A stretch of DNA of 63,946 nt, counting the filler, from Blastocystis sp. subtype 4 (Eukaryota): NCBI RefSeq assembly GCF_000743755.1. It is 4 parts of 4 records of this genome, joined end to end, with 100 filler letters (N's around TTAATTAATTAA, not from the genome) between each part and the next. Parts side by side here need not be neighbours in the genome. Positions count along the whole stretch, not along the records: positions 35,787 to 53,433 come from NW_014569320.1; positions 53,534 to 63,946 come from NW_014569221.1; 2 more parts are not named here. The stretch is one strand, 5' to 3'. The notes under the pieces were generated by a model. The model was not told where the DNA came from, searched no databases, and worked only from the letters and a program-made list of their open reading frames with translations. This document shows, piece by piece, positions 52,053-63,946 of this stretch; the stretch's first letter is position 1, and every line of letters begins with the position of its first letter. The position numbers were made by a program, and so were the translations under genes.

Positions 52053-53433
52053 TATTTCTTTCCAATTTAATCACCTCAATCCACGAAGATAAACAAACAG
52101 ACGTTCCAGCAAAGGCTCATCCATATCTTCCCTCAGCATACTATTCACCTTTTCGCATGCTTCCTCACTAATTGGAATCGAAGTAGGTCGGAACAGTACC
52201 ATAGTATCCCTTTCAACAAGTTTCTCTAAGGATGAAGAGGATCCTTGGAGAAGAGTGGTAAAGTTTGGATATTTTAAGTCCTACAGATAAAATGATATAC
52301 TTAGGAATAACATATTCTTCCTTAATAATTAATCGAACAGTGTTCCATGAGTCATTACACATTTCATTCTGATGAGAAATCTGATAACATCTTTTTATTA
52401 CCCAAAGAATCAGTATCCTACGTGTAACAACAACAGGAATCAAATTCAAGTGAATGAGCATTGATATCACTTCGATAATGAGAGAGAGATTAAACATACC
52501 AGCAGAGATCCAAATTCTCATAGTCCATTGTAAAGACTCGATGACGGTACCAAATAGCCCGTTCTTCCAACAAATGCTGAATCATCCAACAATAGAATAG
52601 ACCCTACTTGTGCTGGCTTTACTGACATTTGAGAGGTACAGAAATGCTACAAGTTGAAGAGGCAAACAGAACAAACGTCGATACAACGAAGAACAACAGT
52701 AACTGGAGTGCACTACATATTACAAGGAGTTCAAATCAGGACCAGCTGCGATGCAATGAAGAAAAACTACGTATGATCAATCGTCTACACACCTACATTA
52801 TCCTGAAGCAAATAGGTCCATGATAATTCAGAAGCGGCAAAACGACTGATCTACATTATATACAGTTGAAACACCAACAAGTTCTTCCCTTATGAGAGGA
52901 TGTAGTATGGATGTTGTGATTCCATCCACTGTCTTCTGCTGCCAATAATAACTAACTAGGGTTCCATGACATGAAGAAGGTAGTTCGGTAGAGTCAGGAC
53001 CCTTTTCTAACAACTCCTTTCTATTGTCGTTATTTCTTTCTTTTTCATACTTGAACAAGCTGATGAACTCTGCCATTACTTTTACTTCCAAGTGTGTTCA
53101 TGGAGGGAAAACCAATATATTCTCTCTATTTGTATCCAGCCGGAATATTTTATCCACTCATCATATCTCCACATCCATTAACATATCCCTTTCTTCAAAA
53201 TCAGTCAAGGCAATTCATTCTTAATAATCAAGAATACCACTAAACATCTCTTCTAGCCTTTCGTGAGCAATACATTCTTACACAGAACTCTATTCAGAAT
53301 GGTTGTGAAGTAGGTGGATTGAACTTGTGGTTTGGTACGAATTGGAGTCGATTGGATGTCCATTGCTCACTCTTTGTAGAACACTGACTTGTTCCTTCTC
53401 AGAGTACAAGATTTACCCTGGACATGGAGGTAT

Positions 53434-53533
53434 NNNNNNNNNNNNNNNNNNNNNNNNNNNNNNNNNNNNNNNNNNNNTTAATTAATTAANNNNNNNNNNN
53501 NNNNNNNNNNNNNNNNNNNNNNNNNNNNNNNNN
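53434..53533. other. Artificial contig linker
   Basis: 44 N + TTAATTAATTAA + 44 N. Confidence 0.97.
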
Positions 53534-54309
53534 ATCTCTCTTTCTATTCTTATCATTCTCATTATTCTAATCATCATCATTCTCATCATTCTATCAAAGA
53601 AGAAGAAACATACTCTACCAAAGAAGTCAATAAAGGTAGTGAAATCTGTTGAGAATCGTATTCTAAATCCATCTCATTCTGTATAATCAATCATTTGTCA
53701 TTTCAACTCTTTGATTCTATTCAAACAATCACAAACAATGATAGAAAGGACTATTGATGATACAACTCTTTCTATCCACTAATCATCTCATCACATATCA
53801 ATCATACTATCAACCTCTTGTCCATTCAAATTCAACTGTTCAAAAGTATATGAAGTCAAATAACAACATCCCTTCCAAATCCTGAATAAATACAATACAA
53901 AATACAGCCTAAATTAATCTATTTGAATTACAGATTACACAAAGAAAAGGATCCAATCTCTTGACATGTGTCTAGGTTATGGAAATCGATCATACAATGA
54001 TATCTAGAAAGAATTAAAAACTAAAATTCAATAACACACTGAAGAACTGGAGCAGCAACAAGGAATATATCATTGATACTCTTTTTTATCCATACATTTC
54101 CCAACATATGTTTTATTGCGACTACTGGTAATTCCAATACTTGATATGATGGAAACGGCTTATCACGATACCATCGATCGAAACCAAATTATACAACAGT
54201 CAACAGATTGCTACAAATGTCTATTAGCAATTTCGATGTGAAGAATCGATATGATAACAGTATATGGAATATGTTCCATAAAGTGTTTGGCTTTCAACCA
54301 ACAATCTAG

Positions 54310-54989
54310 ATGGTGTATTTCGTTTGTAATAAATGCCAGGAAACGATTCGAAAGTGTAAAGTGGAAGAGCACTCAAGTCGTTGTAGATCGGATTCGTATT
54401 CGTGTGTTGACTGTGGAAAGGATTTCTCTCTGAGTGAAGCGTGCAATCATAATACATGTATTACTGAGGAAGAGAAGTATCAAGGAAAACTATACAATGC
54501 GAGCAAAGTTTAGTTATTTGCGACTTATGACGAATAGAAGAAGGACAATCCTCAATTAGAATGGATGAAATTGTTGGACGAAGCCGTTGCCAATAATCGT
54601 GATCCCTCTTTGAAGCCGGCATTTGATAAATTGCTTACAATGGATAATGTTCCTCGAAAGAAGGCGAAATTTGTGAACTTTGTTAAGAATTGCTGTCACA
54701 TTCAAGGAAACTTGATTGAACGTGTATGGTCTGTGCTGGAGGAAGTTAAAAACAAACAAACAGCTGAGAGAATAAAACGAGAGGAAGCTGTTCGTGAGCA
54801 GGTGTGAATGAAGTGTCCATATCATTGTAGAGACGGAAAGAGAAGGAAGAGAAGGAGCGATTAGAGAAAGAAGAGAAGAAGAGAAAGAAGGCAGAGAAGA
54901 AAGAGAAGAAAGAGAAGAAGGATAAGAAAGACAAAATCAAGAAGGACAAGAAAGACAAGAAAGACAAGAAAGACAAGAAACATCATTAG
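54310..54989 (+). CDS. LYAR: LYAR-type nucleolar zinc-finger protein
   Basis: MVYFVCNKCQETIRK..VEEH..C..SCVDCGKDF..HNTCITEEEKYQG, DNVPRKKAKFVNF, and a Lys/Asp/Glu-rich tail. Confidence 0.92.
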
Positions 54990-55014
54990 TAATCATTTAT
55001 TCTTCGTTATTGTA

Positions 55015-56218
55015 TCAAACAACCAAATTCTTCCAGAAAAATACATAGAAATAGATGAGGGTTGTAATCAAAGGAATGAGTGCACCTAATACTTGCTGGA
55101 ACTTTGCCGGTTTAGGATTTGATCCATTATCATTCTTTTCCTTCTCCTTGACCACAACAATCACAGGCACATAGATAGGAACAAATGGAAGTGAATTATT
55201 ACCCCGTTCACGAAGACCCGCGTTCATCGCATTCCAAGCATTTGTTTCCATCATTGGCACATCTCCCTTCTTTGACTCCTTGGAATTCTCTCCCATTTCT
55301 TGTTCCAGCTCTTTTGCTCGGAATACAGCTGATTTCACTACACGCCTAATATACTCATCTTCTTTCGGTGCAGTTTCCTCATTTTTCTCTTCTTTTGGGA
55401 CTTCTTCTACCTGTTCAGCAACATCTTCGTCCTCAGTTCTCTGTTTCTCAACTACGACTTCCTCTTCTTTCACTACATTCTCTTCTTCTATCGTTTCTTC
55501 CTTTACTGTCTCGATCATCACTTCCTCCACCTTCTCCTCTCCTTCTTCAGTTGGACTGGTATAATAACTCTTAATCTGTTCTTCTGTTAGAGGAGCTATC
55601 AAATCGATAATAGGTCCACAATTTGGACAACAGTACTTGCGACTCTACTGATTAAATCTATTAGCTAGCATCAACTTCTTTGGCAAATCGCTTACGCATC
55701 TCACTACTACAAGTAATAGAGCCAATGGCTCCCTCCGATTCAATTGGGAAGAAACTAATAACGGCTTCTAAAATAGTTCGAACTAGATATAAATAAATCC
55801 CAAACATCTAGACTTCCCCACGACGGTTGCCATTCTTCAGGATGGAATGACGAGAAACTCAAACAAATTGGAGTGTTCACTTCAAATCTTCCATTTACCT
55901 ATTCGATCACTCCTTGTCTCAATAGAACCACAGTCATGAAAAGGATCTTTGGAGGCTTCATTGGCCATTCTGCAGGAAGAAGAAGCCTTCCATGATAAAT
56001 TCCTCCCTCGTAATCTGAGTTTGGTGCTCCATGAATCGTAAAGTGCCACTCAAATAAGTTATCCTACTTCTTAAGGATTCCAATAAAGAGATACGGGAAG
56101 AGGAGCGGCACTAATCATAGGATTCTTCTCTGCTCTCAATTCTCTCAAATCCTAATTCAATCACTCCCTTAGTCTAGTTTCATACTGCTAGTATCCTTCG
56201 AGTTGCAGGAGATGACAT
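55015..56218 (-). CDS. UBE2J1: Tail-anchored ER ubiquitin-conjugating enzyme (UBE2J1/Ubc6-type)
   Basis: MSSPATRRIL, WHF..YHGRLLLP.EWP..PP, NGRFEVNTPICLSFSSFHPEEWQPSW, EGAIGS, CPNCG, and a C-terminal TM. Confidence 0.88.
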
Positions 56219-56275
56219 TCTCAAAGAGAAAAATAAAGAAGACTAAACAATGTGTAAACTCAACAAACACACTTC

Positions 56276-57372
56276 TTAATGCTTCTGAACAGAAATACCT
56301 TCAGTGATACCACTCATCTGCTCAAGAGCCAGAAGCAAAGACTGGGTTCCCAATTTGCCATGTCCCTGAGCCTTCACAGCCAGATACAACTGATTAGCAA
56401 GAGCCAATCCAGGGAGTGATAGATTCATTCTCTTGGCCTCATCCAAGGCAATACCCATATCCTTGATGAAATGCTCCACAAAGAAGCCAGGATTGAAGTT
56501 GCGAACAACCATTCGAGGTCCAAGATTATTGATACTCCACGAACCTGCAGCACCAGCGCCCACAGCAGCGATAACCTCATCAAGGTTCAAACCAGCCTTG
56601 TAACCATAAATGAGTCCTTCACATACGCCGATCTATCCAGTACCCCTATCCGAAGTGTCATACCATATTTGTGGCGATCAGAATCTGATTCACCATCTTT
56701 GTGTGTTGGCCACATCCTGCTTCTCCCATGTACTTGATATTGGTTCCCATACACTAAAATGAAATGAGACAGAAATATCCAACCTTGAAAAGAGGAATCA
56801 TCTTTTCATAGATATCCTTATCACCTCCAACCATGATTGACAGTTTGGCATCACGAGCACCAACATCACCTCCAGAAACTACATGAAATCATACTAAATA
56901 GAATACCTGGAGCATCCAGCGAATATACACCCTTCTTCTTAGCTTGTTCGTAGATCTCCACAGCAAGAGAAGGCTGACTTGTAGTCATATCTACCATAAT
57001 GCCTCCTTCCTACAATCAATGTCATGATAAACTAGTACATGCAAACCAGCAAGAATTCCGCTCTCTCCAATCGTCACTTCACGTACATCATTAGGGAATC
57101 TAGATATTATCTCAATAATAGTACCAACTACCCTACGATGGAGAAAACAACGTCAGAATTCTCTGCAACTTCCTTAGGACTAGAAGCAATCTTGGCTCCC
57201 TCAGCTGCTAATTCCTGGCACTTTTCTGGAGATCGATTGTACTGTACATCAGATACAAATAACCAAAATATACAATAGTCGCCTGGTACCCATTCTTCAT
57301 GAGATTGCGACACATAGATTTACCCATGACTCCAATACCTACAAAACCAATTTTCGTATTTTCAGGATTCAT
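56276..57372 (-). CDS. 3-hydroxyisobutyrate dehydrogenase / tartronate-semialdehyde reductase family (YkwC-like)
   Basis: [56 protein letters not shown]. Confidence 0.92.
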
Positions 57373-57429
57373 TCTAAAGAATATGATGAAATGTAGTACA
57401 GAGTGGAATCAACAAACAACCAACATATC

Positions 57430-60325
57430 TTAATTCTGTGCCTTTGATTTCTTTCCTCTACGACCCTTTCCTGCCTTCTTGGCAGACTTCAACTCATAAA
57501 TAGCCCAGCGTCGATTGAACTCTTCACCTGAAGGCAAAAGGCCGGTGCAAGCATTGTCAGCACAACCACAGAACATTTCAACATTATCTTCACAGCGACG
57601 CTCACAACCTCCTTCATTATCCTTGGGGTTAAGTGAACGTAGTAATCGATTGAAGGCGAACACATGTCCATCGGAACCCACCTTTGCAACAGCAAAGTAT
57701 TTCTTGTTATTAGCAATAGCCACTTCCCGTGCCAATGCATAGGATGCTCCTGTGGTACCTCCAGCATAAACCTTATCACTTGAGAATGTTGCTTCAGAAG
57801 TCGTACAGCCGACAAAGCGATACTCATCTGAGGCCGTATGACTAGCTTCACTACTTCGTTTCGTAAGATAAGAGATGGTCGGTTCTGTGGTAGCTTGGTT
57901 CTTCACACGATAAATACGAACAATCCAATGTTCCGAAGTGAATGCCTCCTCAAAGTACTTCAGCTGAATATTCTTCTCTCCAACAACGGCATGACGATTC
58001 ATGTCATATCCCGCAGGATGCTGATATGACAGTCGAACCTCACTAAAGCGATAATATGATAGGCGATAGAGAAGTGAATTCCTCATTGTAGGAGATGCTT
58101 CATCATCAATACGATACTAATCCTTAGAAACAGTATTCGTACCAACCTGACCTGCATTGAAGAAGTTTGCCTCTTGTACCTCATCTGGATACACACCTGA
58201 AGCAATACGAATCATCCAAAGGAATTTATTGATATCATCTCCACTATATCCAACAAATCCTCCAAAGATCACCAGTACGTAGTCAACATCCAGACTGCGT
58301 ATAATTGGATACGCCTTATCCTCACTACTAGCAAGTGCCTAGTCGCTTATTCATATCAGTCATATTCTACTCGACCCACAGTAGCAATGTGTGTATTATT
58401 CCAGGTGTTATTGTCAACAATCACAGTACGATTGCCCATACCAGCCATCTGGTATCCATAGTCCCACCATGACAAGAACTTTGCATGTTCATCAGTATTC
58501 TGTCTCATCCAGTAATAAGCTTCACGATAATCATCCAGGATGGTACGAGTTCCGTCTCGGTTTGTGGTTGCTACGAATCAAACTGAGAAGAGATTCCAAC
58601 CTATCACAATCGAAGGCGAACTATAAGCTTCTGAACTAATGAAGGTACAATGAATTGTATAGAAGACGAACATGGCAAAGACCACGGCTAACACACCTGC
58701 TAAGGCTGGCATACCAACATGTGTCACTTCTAGATATGAATTCCCGCGGTTATTCTAACTCTTCTTCTCACCGTTTATTTCCACTTCCTGATCATGATAC
58801 CGAAGATATGCCATGAAACGACGAATAAGAGCAGAGAATCCTTCAGCAGCAAGAATGCAAGCAATTGGAGCTAATGTGAGCATCAATCGAATCATGATTC
58901 CTGAATGTGACATTGGTACAAGCAAACATACCAGCAAAGTACCAGGAGATTGTTCCATACAGAATCAAGAAGATATTAGCATCTGACATCTCTTTGAACA
59001 GAAGATAAATCCCCACAGGAGCCAATGGTACCATGATCTGGAGATCTAAGAAGAAGGTGGTCCACGTAGTGGGCTGATGTTCAGAAACTGAAGCGATAAT
59101 TGGAATGTATTTGGTAGCATAAGTAGGATCCAACAGAGTAAGAGAACGACCTGTCCATCGTGTGATTCTACAATACAAAGGAAGAGAGAAATATACCCCA
59201 AAACTTGAATCAAGACTAGCAAGATCACAACAGTAACAACAAAAGCAAAGATTCCAACAAGCAGACGGCGATAATACTTCTTAGGAAGTTGTCCATATGC
59301 AAAGACAAGCAAAGCATAACCTAAATGAAATTATAACAAAAATCGTTACATTGTAGACCAATGAATACACCATGCGATATGATACATTCTGCTTGTTTGA
59401 CAACATTAAATCCAACAAATGGAATCTGCATAGCCAGAATACTTCCCAGAATGTAGAATGTTGAATAAGCAATGTAAAGACGATGAGAATAACGACCTAA
59501 CTATGATATATGCTTCTTAGTAATACGGATTAGAACCATCAACACCACATAGATTGGAATGATGTTAATGATGAACACATATCCTCCCCACGAAGCTACC
59601 ATGTAGAAATAGCTCAAGGCACAACATGCAGAGATGAAGAGAGATCCAGTATTCACTGATTTAACCCACAAATAGAATGTGAAAATCAAAGCAAAGATTG
59701 CAACAGCTTCATTATCATATGAACCTCCAACTGAACGAGAGATGTACGAGGGAACTAATCCCACAAAAGCGGATGCAAGAAGAGCAGTGTTAGTTCGACG
59801 TGTTGCTTCGTAAGTCAGAAGATAGGAAGCGATAGCAGTAGCTGCCGCAAAAATAGGAGCAATGAATACACACATATTACGGACTTGAATGGTGAAGTGA
59901 AGCATATTGAGAATCTTGTGGAACACATAGGATGTACCCATCAATCCAGGATACGCTGTTCCGCCCACGATACGACCCAGAGGATACCAGGAACGGTCAT
60001 CCATCCAGTTCAAGAATTCATAGGGTCCAGACCATGCGAGGAACTTAGTTGCACGATAATTAAACCAGGGATCATACTCGTGAATAACCTACACCTCACT
60101 TGAAGAAACTATCTCTACGGACTCGTAACGAACGACTGCAAATAGACGAATCAGGAAGGACACAAGACAGATAAGACCGAGAATGGAGTATCGAAGAACC
60201 GGAGAGAAAGCATCATCACACTCATCTTTGCAGGATAAATCTGCTTGGGCATAACTGACAGGTGTCATGAGTCCAGCGTTCTCATCTTGTTCCACTTTCT
60301 TCGTTTTGGTTGTGATAGGGGCCAT
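57430..60325 (-). CDS. STT3: Oligosaccharyltransferase catalytic subunit STT3 with C-terminal Cys-rich extension
   Basis: [86 protein letters not shown]. Confidence 0.96.
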
Positions 60326-60542
60326 GGTATTGAGAAGGAAACTAATTACTAGAAGAAGGAGTAATCAGTTGGTATTTGAAGAGATCTCCGATGAAAAACA
60401 GAATCACGAGAATTCGGTCATGTTCCTCACCAAAAGAATTGGATTTTCAATTCTTCCATAAATAGAAGATATTTTGATTTCTATTCTGGGAAGCCGCAAC
60501 CCAATAAAGGCAATAGCCGAACTCGCCAATAATCAGTTCAGG

Positions 60543-61568
60543 ATGTCTGTTGCTGGAGAAACCGATGAAGGAGGACTTCAGCTTGTGAGCGGCAAGTCAG
60601 TTCAACGAATCAAGGAGAAAACAGAGATTGCTCTCGTTCAGAAGCAGTTTGTGGATGAATTGGTCGATTTTCGAGTCAAAATGCAGAATCTACTGGTTTT
60701 GATGAATCGTCTTCCACAGGTACTTTGTTTTCGCTGTTACCTCAGAAATAGGGAACTCTTCGAAACGAGTTTGTGAATAAAAACAAGGCCATTGCAGATA
60801 AGGTGAAAGATATTGAGAATGGTTGTCGTGTTACTGTAGATTTATTCCTAGGCATTGTGGATGTATTTGATAGTGTTCTAAAGAGTGACGATGCTGTTGC
60901 TTCGAAGGTCGGCAATTTATATCCTGACCAGACTGTTCAGGAAGCAATTCAAACGAGTCAAGACGAATTAGATCCAAAAGATGGTAGCCACTTCTTTGGA
61001 TTGGTGGATACGATGATTCGTCATAAGCGTAGTTGGGAAGAGACAACAGTGGATCATTGGAGCAAACTAGCTCAGGTTCAATCAGGAAAGACTCTAAAAT
61101 TGAATGCATTGAATAAGAGCATATTTGATCAAGTGTCGAGCATTCTTGAGGATGATGTTCGTTGGCGTAAACGATGTACTGTACTCCGTGGAGGCTATCA
61201 GGTACGATTCAAAAATGAATTTGATATAGATTGTTGGTGAGACAACAGATGCTGATGAAGATGGATATGTGCGTAACCCAAGTGTTTATGATGATCAAGA
61301 ATTTTATAACAGTTTGCTGAATCAGTATGCCTCTCTTTCTATGAATCATAATGCTACTGTGATCAAGCAGCGTCATTCCAAGAAGAAGGAAATCCATCGA
61401 AAAGCAAGCAAGGGACGAAGAATGATTTTCACAGTTTGGGTGGAGTTTCATTGTAAGGTTTAGGTACATCCAAAGTTGCAGAACTTCTGTGCACCGGAGA
61501 AGTATCCTCCTACAGATATTGATGTGGATCAACTGTTTTCATCTCTGTTTGGAAAGAATACATCTTAA
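60543..61568 (+). CDS. AATF: AATF/Bfr2 (TRAUB) ribosome biogenesis factor
   Basis: LVDFRVKMQNLL..NRLPQ, VYDDQEFYNSLL, RKASKGRRM..VHPKLQNFCAP, QLFSSLFG. Confidence 0.88.
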
Positions 61569-61628
61569 GATGTCGTGTTTCGATTATCGTTTTCTGTTCA
61601 TTTATTCTCTATTGTTTGTTCTCACAGA

Positions 61629-63842
61629 ATGTCGGATTCATTCGTTCTTTCAGAAGACTCCGGGAAGAATCTACGGATTGAACCAGAGAGCGATGATATG
61701 ATTGCTCGGAAATCCTCTTCATCTTCCTATTTGTTTCATTATCCAACTCCCCGTTATGCATACTGACAACTGTGATATTTAGATCCGCTTCCTTCCTATC
61801 GTACCAGTGAATCACGACTGTCAACTCCCGATAGCGACATGATTCTCTCGTCATCCACCTCTGTGAATGAATTATACAACCCAGACCATGTCTTCAACTT
61901 TGATGAACAGTCTGTTTATTCTCAACATCCAACCTATGTGTCCACTGCTATCGAAGAAACTCCACCAAGTTATTTGCAACGAGATAATAGCTATGTGAAA
62001 GAAATGGTGGGGGAAATAGAAGCAGAAAAGGTAGAAGTCATTGATGAGTATATGTGTGTATTGCTTCGGAGAGTGAAAGAGGAAGCAAAATTGAGTGAAG
62101 TCGAATATGGAAGGTTGTTGACACACATTGAATGTGGAGAGGTATCAGATGTTTGTAATGTGATTGAAGATGTTCTAGCATCGTATTATCTGAGGACTAT
62201 TTATGGCATAGACATGATTATACACCAATTTATCAGATAATCTATCCCATTACTGATGAATCTCCTTCCGTTCCTGGATCTGTAGAAAATGAGGAGGACT
62301 ATGTACCGTCAAGAATATGTTCAGCGGCTCCTATTCACATTACCGATATTGGAATACAGTAGGTTTGAGAGTTGGTTTAGTATCAGACATCTTCCTCCAG
62401 TATTCCTATACAAAGGATTACTCTGTGGAGAAGGACTTGTGAGAATCAAAAAAGAATGGAAAGAATGTTTTGTTGTCATTGCAACAGACACAATCACCGT
62501 CTATTCGAGTCTTCAGGCCTGGAGACTTCGGAATCCACCACTTGTGTTTATTTCCTTATGCTCGTCTATGGTTGATGCTTCAACAATATGATATGTAGAG
62601 TGTGAGCGAAGGAATGGATCATGATGTGCGCTATCTTAAACTAGAGGATCTCAACAAGAGTTCAAGCCGAGTTTTCATGAAATGGAAGAAACGTATGATA
62701 AGAGATGGGCTATGATGTAGATGTAATTATATTGGAAATTGGTTCACATAATGCAACAATTGAAAGATTCTTCTCAGAGGCAATAAACCGTGATTTGAGT
62801 GTAATGATCGATTGCTAGTCATTCTTTGTTTCTTTGACTCTTGTATGCACTTGGACTTTAAGGAACTAGTAGAGTCCTTTGCACTAGTAAAAGAGTTTGA
62901 ATTCGTTCATTCCTAGCAGCAAACCTATTCGTGGGAATTCTTCAAAGAATCGTGGATATCCAAGGGATTTTATACACTTAATGACACGTTGAAGAAGCTT
63001 GGTCGGAGTAGATCAGAAACGAAGCCTTATGTAATTTATTTGAAACAGTGTTATTATTTTGTTCTTTGTAATCGTTTTTATGTTCAGATAACACGTAGAT
63101 CAGTTGAAAGATGAAGATGATCTCTACAGAGAAGCTGGATGGATATATAGTCTATACAGCTTATTTTCTACACAGATTGGTTTAAATCAAGATCGAGGTA
63201 ATGATGAAGACGAATTGTCTTCAATACCTGTTGTTTCAATTCCCATTAGTATTGGTAATTGTAATGTTATCTTTTTAGCATAGGTTGTTTAGAAGTGATC
63301 TTGCGGTTTGTTCAAACGATGCGTACTCTAGGTGAAGATGGAAGAGATCCATTAACTGTAACTGTATGAGACGTAGTTCAAACTAGATCATCAATCAATT
63401 GAGAGAGAGTCATGCCTTCCTACCTTGTTATGAGTTGTTATCATATGAAGATCCAAAGAAGAAACAATCTGAGACGGAAGAAGTATTGACACCTCAATTC
63501 GTTGCTGTAGGATGTAATAGAAAGATCAAGAAATAGAATATTCTTCGTCTGAACGAATATCAAGCATTAGAAACTGAATACAAATCAATGACCAATCGAA
63601 ATGAGGAGCTGGGCTTATCAGAGGCCATCAACCAACTCCTTCAGGATATGCCAGTTGAAGCTATGTGTCAGGATGAAAGACCAGCTCCTACTGCAACACA
63701 TTCTGTGTGTATTGGAGTGTTATATTATCATTAGCGTGCTATCAAAATGAAACGAATTCAACGAAGGAAGATCATAGAAGAATCTCCGAAGCGGAGTAAA
63801 AGAGATTGGCGTGTTTGTTATCCAACTCACCCACATCCCTAA
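61629..63842 (+). CDS. Hypothetical multi-exon protein(s) with a PH-like segment
   Basis: ORFs 61839-62240 and 62289-62591 (LYKGLL..KKEWKECFVVI..ITVYSS). Further short-intron exons lie downstream and may belong to a second gene. Confidence 0.4.
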
Positions 63843-63946
63843 TCCTGTTGAAACAAACACCAAATCAAACACATAAACTCACGATTCTTGCTTTCTCTTC
63901 TTACTGGTCACTCCATCTGTAAACTACACATAAGCTCTCCATTTCA

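Noticed and set aside
52200..54250. AT-rich short ORFs at contig ends (possible relic genes or mobile elements)
   Set aside because: There are no transposase/RT motifs, terminal repeats or recognisable domains.
54838..54980. Purine-rich AAG/GAC repeats and the antisense Phe/Ser/Leu ORF 54746-54976
   Set aside because: This is the low-complexity Lys/Glu/Asp tail of LYAR, and the antisense ORF is its shadow.

Overview
Compact, intron-rich eukaryotic nuclear DNA, almost certainly Blastocystis (an anaerobic stramenopile). The evidence is ~30-nt GT-AG introns, very short intergenic spacers, and the TGTTTGTT 3'-end motif that lets poly(A) tails complete TAA stop codons. The window is four contigs joined by artificial 100-bp N/TTAATTAATTAA linkers, so adjacency across the linkers means nothing. 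It holds about 30 mostly housekeeping genes: the EF-1alpha 3' end, ArfGAP, a LITAF protein, RBMX2, TMEM260, ATAD2, Uso1, the actin 5' end, DYRK1, a PA14/Ig-like surface protein, a TBC GAP, Rab GDI, a MAK kinase, ATXR5/6, PTC7, a BRCT protein, Hsp70, IWS1, a GNPDA-like protein, C2H2 zinc-finger proteins, separase, LYAR, UBE2J1, a beta-hydroxyacid dehydrogenase, STT3 and AATF, plus tRNA-Pro(CGG). Most notable: many genes whose stop is probably made by polyadenylation; back-to-back 3'-end motifs at convergent gene junctions; a 105-bp inverted repeat whose inversion would rebuild a split ankyrin gene; a stand-alone Vps8 C-terminal gene; a catalytically degenerate GNPDA; an STT3 with a WSC-like tail; and a dispersed AATAACCGCGGGAAT-like motif. 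Gene boundaries were spliced by eye and are approximate. Family calls come from recognised motifs, not database searches.
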